Origin: the human T2T-CHM13v2.0 reference genome, Homo sapiens
NCBI RefSeq assembly: GCF_009914755.1
Contig: NC_060925.1
Length of the DNA stretch: 64,000 nt
Direction: 5' to 3' (one strand)
The notes under the pieces were generated by a model. The model ran no database searches, was not told where the DNA came from, and saw only the letters and a list, made by a program, of their open reading frames with translations. This document shows positions 1 to 13,600 of the stretch, piece by piece (positions within the stretch are counted from its first letter, which is position 1; every line of letters starts with the position of its first letter). Made by a program: the position numbers and the translations under genes.

Positions 1-656
1 AGCCACTATATGTTATGTTTAATACCTACTATTGTTTTCACAGCTTTTAAATATTTATAAAATAAAATAGTTCTAAAAGAAAATTGAAGATTTTGTGGCT
101 TCTTCTCCATATAAGGAAGTGGGTATGATATTACCTCCAAGTAAAAAATTTTACCTGGCCTTGGATCTTTTACTAATGTCAAATAACCTATCAGATATTA
201 ATCCATTAAGAGAGCTGTACTTTGAACATTTTATGTGAGTTATCTTCCCTCTAACTGCTTTTCTTTTCATCTGCAGAGCAGATCAATTTCTCAAAACGTG
301 TTGGGCTATAAAGTAAATATATTTTTATTGTCTCTTTGGGGAGAGTTGAATTTAGGGAGCAACCATATAGATGGGGACCCTCTAATCCTTTTTTCTCTCA
401 TGAGTTTAATGGCACTTACCGTGATATGTGCAAGAGTTTATTTTCTTCCATTTAGGATGAAAGAACTACCTGTATGATATTCAGGATACAATCCAGGTCC
501 CAAAATGCCAACATTAGAGCAAGGGTGTAGTAAAAAATCTGTATCAGAGTAAAGTCATCAGATCAGTATAAGAAATATGGGTATCAGAATTTGAGGCTAA
601 GCAAAAGTGACAGAAAAAGTGGTACCAGAAACACAACTTGCTTGAGCGACATTAGC

Positions 657-1400
657 TCATCCATTCATTCATTCACTTATTCATTCATTTAACACATATT
701 TATGGATCACCTACACTGTGCAAGGTGCTTCCCTTCATGAAACTTTAATTGGGGGTATGTAGGACATGGTGGTAGAGGTAGACAACACTCAATCATTGTA
801 TTAGTCTGTTCTCACACTGCTATAAAGATACTACCCAAGACAGTAATTTATGAAAGAAAGAAGTTTAATTGACTCACAGTTTTGCATGGCTGGAGAGAAC
901 TCAGGAAACTTACAATCATGGCAGAAGGCAAACAAGAAGCAAGTACCTTCTTCATAAGGTGGCTGGAAAGAGAAAGAGTGAAAAAGAAACTGCCAAACAC
1001 TTATAAAACCATTAGATCTCGTGAGAACTCACTCACTACCAAGAGGACAGCATGTGAGAAACCACCTCCATGATCCAATCACTTCCCACCAGATCCCTCC
1101 CTCAACACATGAGGATTATGGGGATTACAATTCAAGATGAGATTTGGGTGGGGACACAGAGCCAAACCCTATCAATCATATATCTTTTTATTTGATTAGA
1201 AATGTGATAGGAATAGTAGATAGTACATGGTGCTATATAAAATAGGAACGTAGGAGTTAAGAGAAGGCTGCCTTGAGGAAGCAACAACTAAGATAAACTT
1301 GAAGGGTAAACAGGAATTATTAGAACAAAATGCCCAAAAGCATGTGGTCTGGGTCACTTTCCAGCTGGAATCAGTACAACAGGAGGCCAGAGAGTAGGGA
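657..1400 (-). mobile_element. L2 LINE 3' end, split by the MSTA LTR at 797-1174
   Basis: tcattcattcatttaacacatatttatggatcacctac is the reverse complement of the L2 tail. L2-like sequence resumes after 1180. Confidence 0.65.
797..1174 (-). mobile_element. MSTA/THE1D-type MaLR solo LTR
   Basis: Runs tgtattagtc...ggggacacagagccaaaccctatca. Perfect 5-bp TSD ATCAT at 792-796 and 1175-1179. Confidence 0.92.
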
Positions 1401-1429
1401 GGCATGGAAGGTTAGGTTAACACAGGACA

Positions 1430-1597
1430 GTGCAGAGTTCAAAGTCTTGGAAATCCAATAGGCAAAATTCAAATCCCTGGCTCACCTTTGTACTAGCCTC
1501 TCTGAGCCTTTGTTTCTTTAACTCTCATAAATAAATAATACATAGTAAAATACATACTGAATAATATCTACCTATCAATGGTGTTGGGAGAATTAAT
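1430..1597 (+). mobile_element. MIR SINE
   Basis: MIR core (ctctctgagcctttgtttc ... aataatatctacct ... gtgttgggagaattaa). Confidence 0.6.
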
Positions 1598-3769
1598 TTC
1601 ACAATTTTTCTACTACTAAGTTATGATTTCATCCACATACCAAGCCACTAATAATCCAGAACTCCTTAGGGCTATTTTTGGAGTTTTTAATGACTTATGC
1701 CTTAGTGCTGAAATTGTGGTATTAATTTCCTGTGTAATCGGGACTTTCATTAATAATGTCCATATGAATTCCATAGCACTTTTGATTTTAATCTAAGCTT
1801 CATAATCTGGAAAATATTTATCTCCTGCATTTTAGGAAATAATCAAATATGAAAACAGAAGTGTTTTGGAAGAAATGAATTGACTTTGTCACTAGGGGGA
1901 GACCTACCCAGGTTTTGAAACTTGCCCCAACTTTCAGAGTGGAGAGAATTTTTTTCTGAGAAGTGATGGTGTAGGAAAAGGCACTGAAAAACTTAGCAGT
2001 CCTAGCAGGAGGACTGGAGAGGTTCTCTCTCTCTTTTTCTTTTAGTGGCTTTTCACTGTGTTGTACGTGGTGGAGAATAAACTTTAGGGGATGCGATTAA
2101 CAACATGCCCAAATGCTGAGGCAGTCAGCATGTTTGAATAAATGGTTTGAACATGGTTCTCTAGGCTGAATTTCTGGCAGTGTAGAGGCTTGGAAGCATC
2201 ACGCAGGGGCAAGACTTCAAAGGGGAACCAGGCAAAAGAGAACTGAGTGGCCTGACCTGGCAGCCATCTGAGAGGGTATGTAAGCTTGATAAGCACCATA
2301 TTTTCTCAGTGAACTTTTCAGTAACCATAGTCTGTGTGTATGCATATAAGTACTTTTTTCCACTGCACATTTTTCTAAGTACATTCCTCTGTAATCTTGA
2401 ATCATAAGTGCTTCTGAAGGAGTAGGAGTAGTTTATCTTGACCATTCTGTAGAAGGAAAAAGTCTAGGAATTGTAGGAGGGGAAATAGCTCTCAAAGGAA
2501 ATGCTCTACAAATTAATTACCTGAGGAACTAACTCACAGAGGGGTGCACTGACACAGGCTGTTACAATTATATTCAGTTAATTATACTTTATCAAAAAGA
2601 GATTCAAGCATTAGAATTTTGTTAATAGCAAATGATTTATCTTCTTAGTTCTCTTCAATCTATCAGTACATATATTTTATTTTATAGAGGATACTTGGAA
2701 TGAAACTATAGACTTTTATTTTAAAAATTAAGAATTAATATAAACATGAAGTTAATATAATTGGTCACAAGGCTGTTTTTAAAAATTGTTTCAAGTATAC
2801 AGTGGATATTAAATGATTCTAATTATATAATTTATAAACATCATTATAAGAGGTTAAACCTCTTACCAAGTGTGAATTTATATTTAACAAGTTGGCTATT
2901 GCCTTACTAAGCATACTTTCTTAATATGAGTTCCATTAATATAAACGTCAGAAGATTCAAATTTCATTAGGTATGGTTGAATTAGGTATCTCTAGAAAAC
3001 TAATAGAAATACCTTAAAATAGTATTTATTTCTGATTATAAAGATGAATGTATAGTAGTGAAATTTAAAATCATCTATAATCTCTTTACTCAGTGAGAAA
3101 CACTATTGACATGTTGAGTTATTTTATTCTAGCCTTTATTCCACACAATTTTATTACAAAAATTAAATCATGCTATATACATATTTCAAATTTTGATAAT
3201 TTCTTTTTCCCAAATAACAATGCTGTGTTGTCTCCATAATCTTTCCATTCTACAAATGAAATATATTTTAATGCTCTCCTTTTAAGCACAAAAGCACTAT
3301 CTACTGTTTTTTAAACAACATATTTATTTAACCTTTTCTCTTGTCATTAGAAGTCTTCATAAATATCATTTTAAAGGTTACAAGATACTTTATGAGATAG
3401 ATGAATCACAATTCATTCTACAGTTTTATTATTAGATATTTAGTTGTTTCCAATAAATAACCCTGATGAATGTCTCTATTTATAAAATTTTAGCCACATT
3501 TCACTGTATTTAATAAGGATCTCTCGCATTGAAACAAAAAACTCTCTTTGACTTTAGCAAGATCAGATTATTGTATTTTTAGGTAAAAACTATAAACCAC
3601 AAATAGTAGAACTACTAAAAGTGTAAGAATTATGCTGATATAATAATGATATCTTTGAATATTAAATAACTCATCTCAGGGATTCAATATAGATGTTAGA
3701 AGTCCCACAAAATTCTACCACCTCAGTGATTAGGAGTGTCTTCATATTTAGGGATATATAATATAGAAT

Positions 3770-3950
3770 AATTATTGCTCTCACTTAAAAGTACTTATAT
3801 TGTGCTAAGCACACTGCTAAGTGTTTTCATTGACATGTGCTCTTTTAATCATTAAAGTAACCATATGAGATGTATATTTTATTATTACTTAATAAATAAT
3901 GCCTACTGCACATGGCTGTTATAAGGAGCAAATGAGCTAATACACTTATG
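3770..3950. mobile_element. Two oppositely oriented MIR fragments
   Basis: Minus-strand MIR (tgtgctaagcac...ttttaatcattaaagtaacc) abuts plus-strand MIR (aataatgcctactgcacatggctgttataagg...aaatgagctaatac). Confidence 0.5.
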
Positions 3951-4510
3951 AAATTTATCAATACACATAAATATGTATCATTTAACTTTAAATGCAAGTA
4001 ATGCATAGGAAAACATCTGGATGAATATTGCTAATGAAGATTACTGCTGGAGTGAGAAGGGAGGTGAGAAGGAGGGAAACAGGCATGGTGGTATAAGTCA
4101 AAGTAGACTTTAGCTTTATCAGTAATATTAATTTTTTCCCAAGAAGAATGTAATTATATATTACTTATTCAAATAAAATTAATTTAAAAAGACATAACTC
4201 TGCAATTTACAAGAGAATACTTTTAATTATTAAGTCTTGTCAACCATATTTTAATGATTTGCAGTTCATTACCTCATTGATAGAGTTGGGGAAAAAGGAT
4301 GGCAGTAGAAAAATTTAATGCCAAAATTGCAGGAGCCCCTGAAAATTAGTCTCTAAGAAATATGAAGAAAATGAGTCCAAATGGATACTATATATCAAGG
4401 GCAAAATAATGTTCTTTCCAACACATTTTACATTCAACTTTTATAGACATTTGTATAAGATTTTATCTTTTCTGTAGTATAAGTTTATTTTTAGGTTATT
4501 GCCTGTAACT

Positions 4511-5000
4511 CCAACAGTATATATTGAGCACTCATGCTGTTCCAGAGACTGTTCTAGTGAATAAAACAAAGCCCTGCTTTCACTGAAGTTGGAGAGAGAC
4601 ACAATAAATGAATAAACAAATATGCGCGTGTTAGGTTGAGATAAGCTGAAAAGAAAAGTAAGCAGGATAAAAAAAATTGAGAAAGGTGAGCTGGGATAAG
4701 GTGGAGAGGTGTGGGGGTGAGCTGCTTGAAATTCAGTGGTCAAGAAGACCCCTCCGAAGAGGAGACAGTCGAGCAGTGGCCTGAATGAAGTGAGGGCATG
4801 AGCCCTGGGAATATCTGAGTAAGAATGTTCTGGACAGAGGGAATGGTGACTGCCATGGTCCTTAGGCCAGAAGCATTCATGACACTTTGTAGAATGGCAA
4901 GGAAGCCAGCCTGACTGGAGTTGAGTGAGCAAAGGGGTGAGCCTGAGAGGAAGCCAGAGGCAAAATAACAGAGGAGGCCATAGTGAGAACCAGAGTCAGC
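4511..5000 (-). mobile_element. L2a LINE 3' region
   Basis: caacagtatatattgagcact ... gaatgaagtgaggg ... gcaaggaagccagcctgactggag match the L2a reverse strand. Confidence 0.75.
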
Positions 5001-5019
5001 CCTTCAGTGGCTCCCTCAC

Positions 5020-5370
5020 TGTAGTTGTGTTTTCTGGCAGCATATGCTAAGATTGAGCTTGAGGGTGCAAGATATTTATCAGGGGTCAATATCAATGAAA
5101 GGAAGGAGGAAGAAGTAGGATTGAGTAAAGGAAGAACCCAAAGCAGGCTTTACCAAATTTCAGTAGATCCATCAAGAAGCTTATGCTCTGTCCTTGTTCA
5201 GTCACCAGCTCTGTGGGACCCTCCTCCGTGGGAGAGGTAACTCTACTTAACCTATGCACACCTTGAAGGAATTGGTAGCTGGCAGCTCTGTTGTGACAGC
5301 CCTTCTTGCAGCTGGGCAGCAAGGTTTTTCTTGAAGGGAGATATGAATGGTGCATCTCTGTTCTACCATA
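5020..5370. mobile_element. Old ERVL-class LTR (LTR16/LTR33-like)
   Basis: tgtag start; gctaagattgagcttgagggtgcaagatatttatcagggg resembles LTR16-type sequence. Confidence 0.4.
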
Positions 5371-5678
5371 TTAGGAAATTTATTAGTGTATATGCTATAG
5401 GAGCAGGTTAGAATTTAAAAAATATATATAAATATTGAAACTTCTTTGATAAAGGCCAGTGGTCATTCTTGATTAATATAGAACCCTAGTAAAATAAGAA
5501 TTGATTGATATTTTCTTAGTTTGATAAAACTATGTATCTCAAACTAAAATCCAGGGCCATAATTTATAATGATGTATTAGAAGCAATCCTATTAAATTCA
5601 GCATGCCCACTACTACCAGAGTTATTTGATAGCTCTCTGGAAAGTCTGATCAATGAAGCCAGAAAAGGGAAGGCCTAA

Positions 5679-6031
<353 letters not shown>

Positions 6032-6153
6032 ACATGACATTTTTTTAAATCTAGAAAACCCAAGAAAATTGAAAACGATTAAAAACAGTAAGAAAATTCA
6101 GTAGGGAAGTTGCCTATGTTTAAAATATAAAATTCAATAGCTTTTCTGTATAT

Positions 6154-6372
6154 CGGGGTTGGTAAACTTTTTTCTGTAGAGGGCCAGAGAGTAAATATTT
6201 CAGGCTTGTTGTCATCAGTCTTTGTTACAACTTCTTAATTCTGCCGTTGTAGCACAGAATTAACCATAGACAATATGTAAATGAAGAGGCATAGCCGTGT
6301 TCCAATAAAACTTTATTTTAAATACAGGCAGCAGACAAGATTTGGCCCATATTGGTAGTTTGCTGATCCCTG
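6154..6372 (+). mobile_element. MER58A (hAT-Charlie MITE)
   Basis: TIRs cggggttggtaaact and agtttgctgatccctg. Degenerate 8-bp TSD CTGTATAT/CTATATAC. Confidence 0.9.
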
Positions 6373-6649
6373 CTATATACATTTTAAAATAGAGAAATTA
6401 TAATGAATAACAATCTCATTGAAAACAGCAAGCAAAATGATAAAAATATTACAAACTTTATTTAAAGAGAATATGTAAGACGTAGAGAAGAAATTTACTG
6501 GGGGACATGAAAGAAACTTCAAGTGAGTAAAGAATAAAATCTTGCTTTGATTATGAAGGTTCTATATTGTAAAAATGTCAGATTCTCTTTAATTATAGAC
6601 TCAAGGGAGTCTCTATTTAAATATTTACATGATTTTTAAAATATCTCTT

Positions 6650-7560
6650 AGCATTTTTAATTCCTGTACGTTATTGTCATATGCATATACTATAGTCAGG
6701 CTTCTATTAATAAAAGCTTTGATGTTGTTACCTTTTTTAGCTACCACTAATAATTTCGGCAATAAATATGCTTGTACATGCTGGAAAAATCATGAAAGTA
6801 AATCCACAGACCAAATTGCCAGAAGTGGGATTACTGGATCAAACATTATGTCATTTTTAATGTTGATGAGGTTGTAAAGAGCTGCCTAAGAATGTCTTTA
6901 CTTCACATTTTTTCTAGAACTGGGTGACATCAGTTTTTAAAAATATTTCTGATGTGTGAAAAATTATATATATTAGGTTTTTAATTGTTAATATCTGATA
7001 TTATGAGAGAAGGGAGTTTTTTTCCTTATGCTTACTCATTGTCTTAGTCTTTGGGCTGCTATAACACAACACCGTAGACTGACTATGTTTATAAACAACA
7101 GAAGTTCATTTCTCAGTTCTAGAGGCAGGATAGTCCATGATCAAAGTGCCAGCAGATGTGATGTCTGATGAGGACCTGTTTCCTGGTTCACAGATGGTGA
7201 CTTCTTGCTGTGTCCTCAGATGTAGAAGAGGTGAATGAGCTTCCTTGGGCTATTTTATAAAGGCACTAATCCCATTCATGAAGGCTCCACCCTCACGACT
7301 TAATCACTTCCCAAAGGCCCCACCTCCTAATATCATCATTTTGGGGGTTAGGATTTCAACATATGAATTTTGTCGGAATACAAATATTCAAGCCATAACA
7401 TTGATCATAGGTATTTTTTTCTAAACTGCTTATGTCCTATTTTTGTTTATTTGATTGCTTCTCATTTTCTCATTGGTTTATGTGATCTCTTTATGAGTTA
7501 TGAAAACTATCTCTCTGCAATTATCCTTGCAAATCAGGTTATGATTTTCCAGTGTGTATA
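6650..7560 (-). mobile_element. Ancient L1M fragments flanking the MLT1A LTR
   Basis: ccagaagtgggattactggatcaaac and similar segments match the reverse strand of the L1 ORF2 3' end. Confidence 0.5.
7040..7400 (-). mobile_element. MLT1A/MLT1A0 MaLR solo LTR
   Basis: tgtcttagtc...gggctgctataaca ... ggcactaatcccattcatga ... attcaagccataaca. Confidence 0.88.
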
Positions 7561-7699
7561 AAGAAATTACATATTTATTTTCTATATGAGTTTGAGGCTC
7601 TGGGTACTTCTCAGAAATATCTAAGTATTTAAATATCCAACCCTTTATATCAATCAGGACTCTGAAAAAAAAATCACCTTTCATGAGGCTTTTCCTAAT

Positions 7700-7870
7700 C
7701 ACCTATCTAAAATAGGTAGTATATACTCCAGTAGGTAAACAAGGAAACTGAGTGTCAGAAAGGATAAATATCTGACTCAAGGTCACACAGCTAGTAGGTA
7801 AGAGAACCTGGAGCCAGAATTTAAGTTCAACATTGTCTGACTTCAAAGCCAATATTGCTATATTATCCTG
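7700..7870 (-). mobile_element. MIR SINE
   Basis: ggaaactgag...aaggtcacacagctagta...tctgacttcaaagcc. Confidence 0.75.
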
Positions 7871-9099
7871 TCCCATCCTGGCCTTCTCCATCTCACCTGG
7901 ATAGAAATATAAAATTTTAGGTTTGGAAGAGATTTTTCCATACAGGGTCTTAAAAGATAGATCACGAGGGACATACCGATTCTTGGTGATAGATATTTCA
8001 TGCTCTTCAGTTTAACCGACAGTTACCTCTATTAGAGAAGTTCTCAGAATTATTTGTGTGATTATCTATATGATGTATAGAATCTGTTACTTTTACATGC
8101 ATTAAGATACTCATTTTAGTACCCTTCCCAGATGTTAAACATTATTATATGCAATTATTATTATTTGCATTAAGAAGGTTATAATTCCTAGCTGGATTTA
8201 ATAATTAATTCCCATAAGTATAGTATTTATTATTCAGAACATTATGTAGAAGCAGAACCATCACTTTCAGTAATTAAGAGTTTCTATGAAACTCTTTTGG
8301 AATGAATTTTCAGATTTAGTAAAAACAAAAGGCTGATAAATGGCATATTCCTGCTAAATGTCATGAAAACAAAATATATGCTTTCTGTCAGTAAATCAAA
8401 ATTACTGGCAGCTCAAGAAGAATGCATAATCAGAAGAGCTGGTAACATAATGTTAACTAATTCTTCATATTCGAGTTATTTAAGATGAATTATTAATCTT
8501 TACTGACCATAGAAATGATACTATTAGAATTGAAAGGTTGAGGCTTAAAGGTTCTACTTAGCAGGTCTAATTTATGTTCCCATAATTTAACAGTTAATTG
8601 TTGAGTATGGATGAGCATGTTATAACCCTGTATTAGCTCCTATTTTGGATAAAATCATGTGAGAATGAGGATTTGCTTACTTAGGAAAAGGCAAATTATA
8701 TTTACTGCTGTTACTCATCCAATGTCAGTTTTAAATTCCTTCCTTCAAATTATTAGGATATAGTTTTTTTGGGTTTCACAGGTTATTATGACATATAAGT
8801 TTCCTGCATTATTATTCAACAAATATTTATGAACCCCTAAACACTGAAGTAAATGTTGAAGAGAATGTGGTTGATGAAGAAGACATAGTCCTTGCTCTTG
8901 AAGGGAGTGGGAGAGAGCTAATATAACCTGAATGTTATCTGCCATCTCAGTTTCTTGTTCTGCACCCCTAAAATTAATCTGTCCTTTCCCTTCACTATCT
9001 GGATACAGAATTCAGAATCTTTTCACATTCTCCACACAGGAGCAACTTTCACAAAAGTGCTGTGAAAGATGTAGACTTTGCTAATGCTTACAGAACTCA

Positions 9100-9305
9100 A
9101 TATAGAGTAATAGTTAAGAGCATGATTCCTAGCTGTGAGTTATTGGGCAAGCAACTTCATGCCTGTGCCTTAGCTTCCCCATCTATAAAGTAAGGATAAT
9201 AATAGTATTCAACCCATAGGGGTGTGGTAAGGATTAAATAAGTTAATGTGTGTAGAGTAAGCTTCTGTAAATGAGCACTGTAGAAAGAAACATTAGCTAT
9301 GATGT
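9100..9305 (+). mobile_element. MIR SINE
   Basis: tgggcaagcaacttc...cttagcttccccatctataaagtaaggataataatagta...gtaaggattaaat. Confidence 0.8.
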
Positions 9306-11206
9306 TCATGGGGTGACAGAGAAAATGGTTTTCGTTACATAGCACATAGGAGGGGGGAAAAACCTCTAAAATTCCAATTAGATATTTCTGTGCTCTCCAG
9401 AAGTAACCTCTGTATCACCTGGCACCGGAGATGGGTTAGGTTCGGAATGAGTCCTCTAATTTATTCTCTCCTAATAGCGTCATCTCGAAGGCTTGGCTAA
9501 TGAGTTGCACAGGCCCATAGATCACCTAGAGGGAAACTTAAATACAGGTCTGTGGAAAAGGTAAAAAGGTCAGGGCTACATACATTTGTATGGAAAAATT
9601 GGACAAATTTCAACAGCGACAGTGAAGAGGAAGGATGAGCAGACAGAAGGAGAAGAGGCTGGGGAAAAATCTTTAAAGAATACTGTTAAAAGTTTTAAAC
9701 ATAAAATGTATACTTCCAACATAAGATGCCAGACTGAGCACGCTCTATATAAGAAACCTCATTAAAATTATAGTAAAAGAAAAAAAGATGTAAATGTACA
9801 ATGGAAAGAAAGTGTGGTAGATATCAGAGGATGTGGGAAAAGGCAAACTGCTGAAAAAGTGCTGACAAGTGAAGCCGAGCTTAAAATTCCCACAGAGAGG
9901 CTACAGTAGAGGAGAGAATAGAGGCCAGCCTGACTAGCAGCACCCTATGGAGAGGCTGGATTCATCAGATTCCAGATGAATATCAGGCCAGATTCATCAG
10001 AGGGTAGGGTGGAGAAGGAGGGCTGAAAGTAAGGATTAGTTATGTTTCTATTTGGAACTTTTGACAATGAATCATAAAAGATAGTGGAGTAATTTCCTCG
10101 AAGTGGAGGGAAAATGACATAAATCCAGAATTCTCTACCTAAATCATTAATCCTTGTTAGAGTTGAGTAAGAACATTTTGTAAATAGGTAGGGGGCCAAA
10201 AAATTTGTCTTTCAATAACTTTTCTAAGAAAGTTATTTGAGTATGTGTTCTAGGAAAGAAAGAAGTAAACCAGGATAGAATAACCTATGGGATTCAGATA
10301 ACGGTGTAACAAACTCAGGACAGCAGTGGAAAGAATTCTTGTTCCAGGATGAGGACTGGGTAGCAAGGCTAGAGGAGTCAGTCTGAATTGACAAAGAGGG
10401 CCATAGTGGTTGAGTGTTGGAAGAACTCAAGGATAAGAAAATGGCAGAGTGGGCAAGGGATGAGAAGAGTGATTAGGAACTCCAGGTCAAAATGATAAAC
10501 TATGCAAGAAGACCATGGCCTGAATATGAAGTAAATGGCCTAGGATGTTGCATGACAATGAATGAAATGGGCTACTAGGAATTGATAGAGTAAGAAGCTG
10601 AAAGACAAAGGAAAACATTTGTAAACAGAGAGATAAAATAATTATACAATAAATTCATGATTCAAAAGTATAACAAACTGAAATGTGACATGATTTTGAA
10701 TAAATGATGAATAAGAAAGGATAATCCATTTGAACTTGATCCTGGGAAGATCCCCTCTTGAGAGTGTTCATAAGCGTGGTGTCTTGGAGAAGGGAATTAA
10801 GCATACTATAACAGTATGGTGCAATGGTAACACCATCAAATGATAGAACTATTATTAATTGGTTTCAACCTATGGAATCAAACTAGGCAAACACTGAAGA
10901 CTTTCTTTGAGTATATAAAAGAATGTAAATATTGTGAATCTTCACAATATAAAAGTAAGAGTTTGACCACAACATTGAGAAGTGGAAGGGGAGATGTGAA
11001 GTGGAGGGAAGGATACAGGTAATAACATGGTCATCTTACAAAGGGGGAATAAAGATAACAAGTAGAGGGGTCAATATTAGAGATATAATTCTACTGGGGA
11101 GGGAGAGGAAAAGAGAAGCAGTTATAGATGAGCTAGTTCTTCATCAAACATGGAAGAAGTCAACAGGTAGTATCTGATGCTGATTATTCTAAAAGAGTTG
11201 TATAAA

Positions 11207-11665
11207 TGTGGCAGAAGTTTCTAGTTAACTCTTTAATATTTATTCTCATGTTCTTTTATACAATAAAAATGAATCGGGGTACATGACCATCCGGGTAAAA
11301 ACTGTTATTTCCCTTGCAGCTAAGTATGGCTAACAGAGATGTGAGCTGAAGTAAAATGTGCAATGTTTAGATCAGGTTCTTAAAATAAAAGGAACATGGC
11401 CTCCCTTCCTTTCTTGCTCTACCCTCCCCAGGCTGGAATGCAGCTAAAGCAGAGAGCCTGGTAACCATGTGGAAAGAGCTGTGTCCTAGGGAATCAAGAA
11501 TAACAGGATAAAAGAAGCCTGGGTTCCAACACTACCTAAAGTTGCCCTGAATTGCCTACTGAGACTATTATGTGAGAGAAAAATAACTTCTATCTCAATT
11601 ATACCACTATATTTTTGGGTTTGGTGTTAGAACAGTCTGACTACTCCTAGAACAGTCCTACTCTT
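11207..11665 (+). mobile_element. ERVL LTR (LTR33-like)
   Basis: tgtggcaga start; tttcccttgcagctaagtatggc; gctggaatgcag; tgtgagagaaaaataacttctatc. Confidence 0.6.
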
Positions 11666-11989
11666 ACAAATAATTATGTAGAGACATAAAGGTAAATATG
11701 TAAGATTTTTAAAAAGAAATGATTGCAAGTTGTTTTCTGGAAAAAGAATTAGTGTGGAGTGGTGGTTGAATAGAAGATATACATTGCTTTTTATTATAAA
11801 TCTTTCTATGCTATTTAATTTTAAGCATGTGCATGCAGTAGTTTTATAAAATAAAATGAAAGATAGTTATGTTAATTAGATAAAAATGGAATATAAACAG
11901 TTGCAAAATAAAAAATGGATCACCCACTCTCTTGTCACGTTGGGAAAACATTTTGGTGATTTACTTCAAGCTATTTTTCTATATCCTTT

Positions 11990-13600
11990 TTTCTTTGATT
12001 GAAAGTCTACATATGAGGAATGAACAGAGAAAGGGGACTTCACCCAGGAGACTAAAGAGAAAGATTTGGAGAATTAATGGGTAAACAAAGAGAATTCAGC
12101 ATCAAGAGAGCCAGGGGAGGGTAGGAATTCAGTAATGACACATTGGTCAGTGATTTCAAACACCACGGAAAAATCAGTAGGTTGAGATCTGGGAATATGT
12201 TAACTGATTTTGATCTTGTAGATCATCAGTTTGGCCATTGATGATCTACAAGAGAGTGAATGTGGTAGAAAAGAGACAAGCCGGCAATGAGTTTAGAGTA
12301 ATAGAGGAAAAGGAAATAGATCTGCTAGAACTCAGTGTGCAAATAAGAAAATGGTAGGATATGAGTTTGGAGAGGTAGGATGGGTACAAAGTCATGTAGA
12401 GCTTGTGAGACATAGGGAGGCTGTAACTTTTATTCTAAATACCAGTTTGAAATGTTTATTATTGTACATATATATTATTTTAAATGAACCTGAACTCTTG
12501 TATGGAGAATGAACTCCAGCAAGCAAGATAAAAAACAACATAACCAGTTAGAAGGCTGTTGCAGTTATCCTGGTAGGAATTAATGCTGGCTTGTACTTGG
12601 GTAATAATGATGAAAGTAATGAGTGAGTTTGGATTCTGGATACAGTTTGGAGTTTGGTGCCAAAAGCTTTGGGCATGCATAGTATGTGGGGTATGAGGAA
12701 ATGGAAGAGCTAGTGGGTGAATGGGAAGAGAATGATACCAAATAATAAGACAGATTTAGGAAGGAGTAGGTTTTAAGTAAGAAATCAAGAATTCCAGTTT
12801 CAGATACCTATTACACATCTAAGTGGAGATGTTAAGTAGCAGTTGGATATAATAAGTTTAAAACTTAAGAAGCATTTACTTCAAAATTCGAAACCCTACG
12901 GTCATTAATATGTGAGTTGTCCTGAAAGTCAAATGACTGGATGAGATCATGTAGGAAGTGAGGGAGACAAGAAACAGAAGAATTCCTAGGACCAAGTTCT
13001 GGGTCATGTACTGTATAAATATCAAGAATTAAGCTGGATGAAGAGAAAGAGTGGCCAAGACAAGAAGAAAACCGGAGACCATGTTCTGAAATCTAAGCAA
13101 GAAAGTGATTGAAGTACAAAGGGATGCTTGTGTGAAATGCTGCTGTTAGAGTTTGAATGTGTCCCCCAGATTTCATGTGTTGGAAATTTAATCCCCAAGT
13201 TTGCATGTTGATGGTATTGGAAATGGGGCCTTTTGCAGGTAATTAGGATTAGATAGCATCATCAAGGTAGGGCCCCCATGATGGCACAGGTGGCTTTACA
13301 AGAAGAGGAAGAGAGACCTGGGGACACATGCTCTTGCTCTCTCACCATGTGATGCCCTCCACTGTGTGATGATGCAGTAAGAAGGCCCTCACCAGATGCC
13401 AGAATCTTGAGATTGGATTTTCCATCCTCTAGAACTATAAAAAATAAATGTATTTTCTTTTTAAATGACTAAGTCTGTGGCATTCTGTTATAGCAACCAA
13501 AAACTGACTAAGACAGCTGCTGAGAGGACAAGTGTGATGAAGGCTGAGAGAAGTAGTGATCCATCAAGCACCTGACGAGATTACAATAAATTGGTTCGAA
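11990..13600 (-). mobile_element. L2 fragments hosting the MaLR LTR at 13144
   Basis: ctaagtggagatgttaagtagcagttggatat; ggatgagatca; aaatgctgc|tgagaggacaagt continues across the LTR. Confidence 0.65.
13144..13515 (+). mobile_element. MLT1A1/MSTD-type MaLR solo LTR
   Basis: tgttagagtttgaatgtgtcccc ... gactaagaca. Perfect TSD GCTGC at 13139-13143 and 13516-13520. Confidence 0.88.

Noticed and set aside
2101-2158. Three p53-like CATG half-sites
   Set aside because: Each has a mismatch and they are separated by 13-15 nt, so this is not a canonical response element and is plausible by chance.
4441-4932. 163-aa ORF, the longest in the track
   Set aside because: It lies largely within an L2a fragment, has no recognisable protein character and no exon signals.
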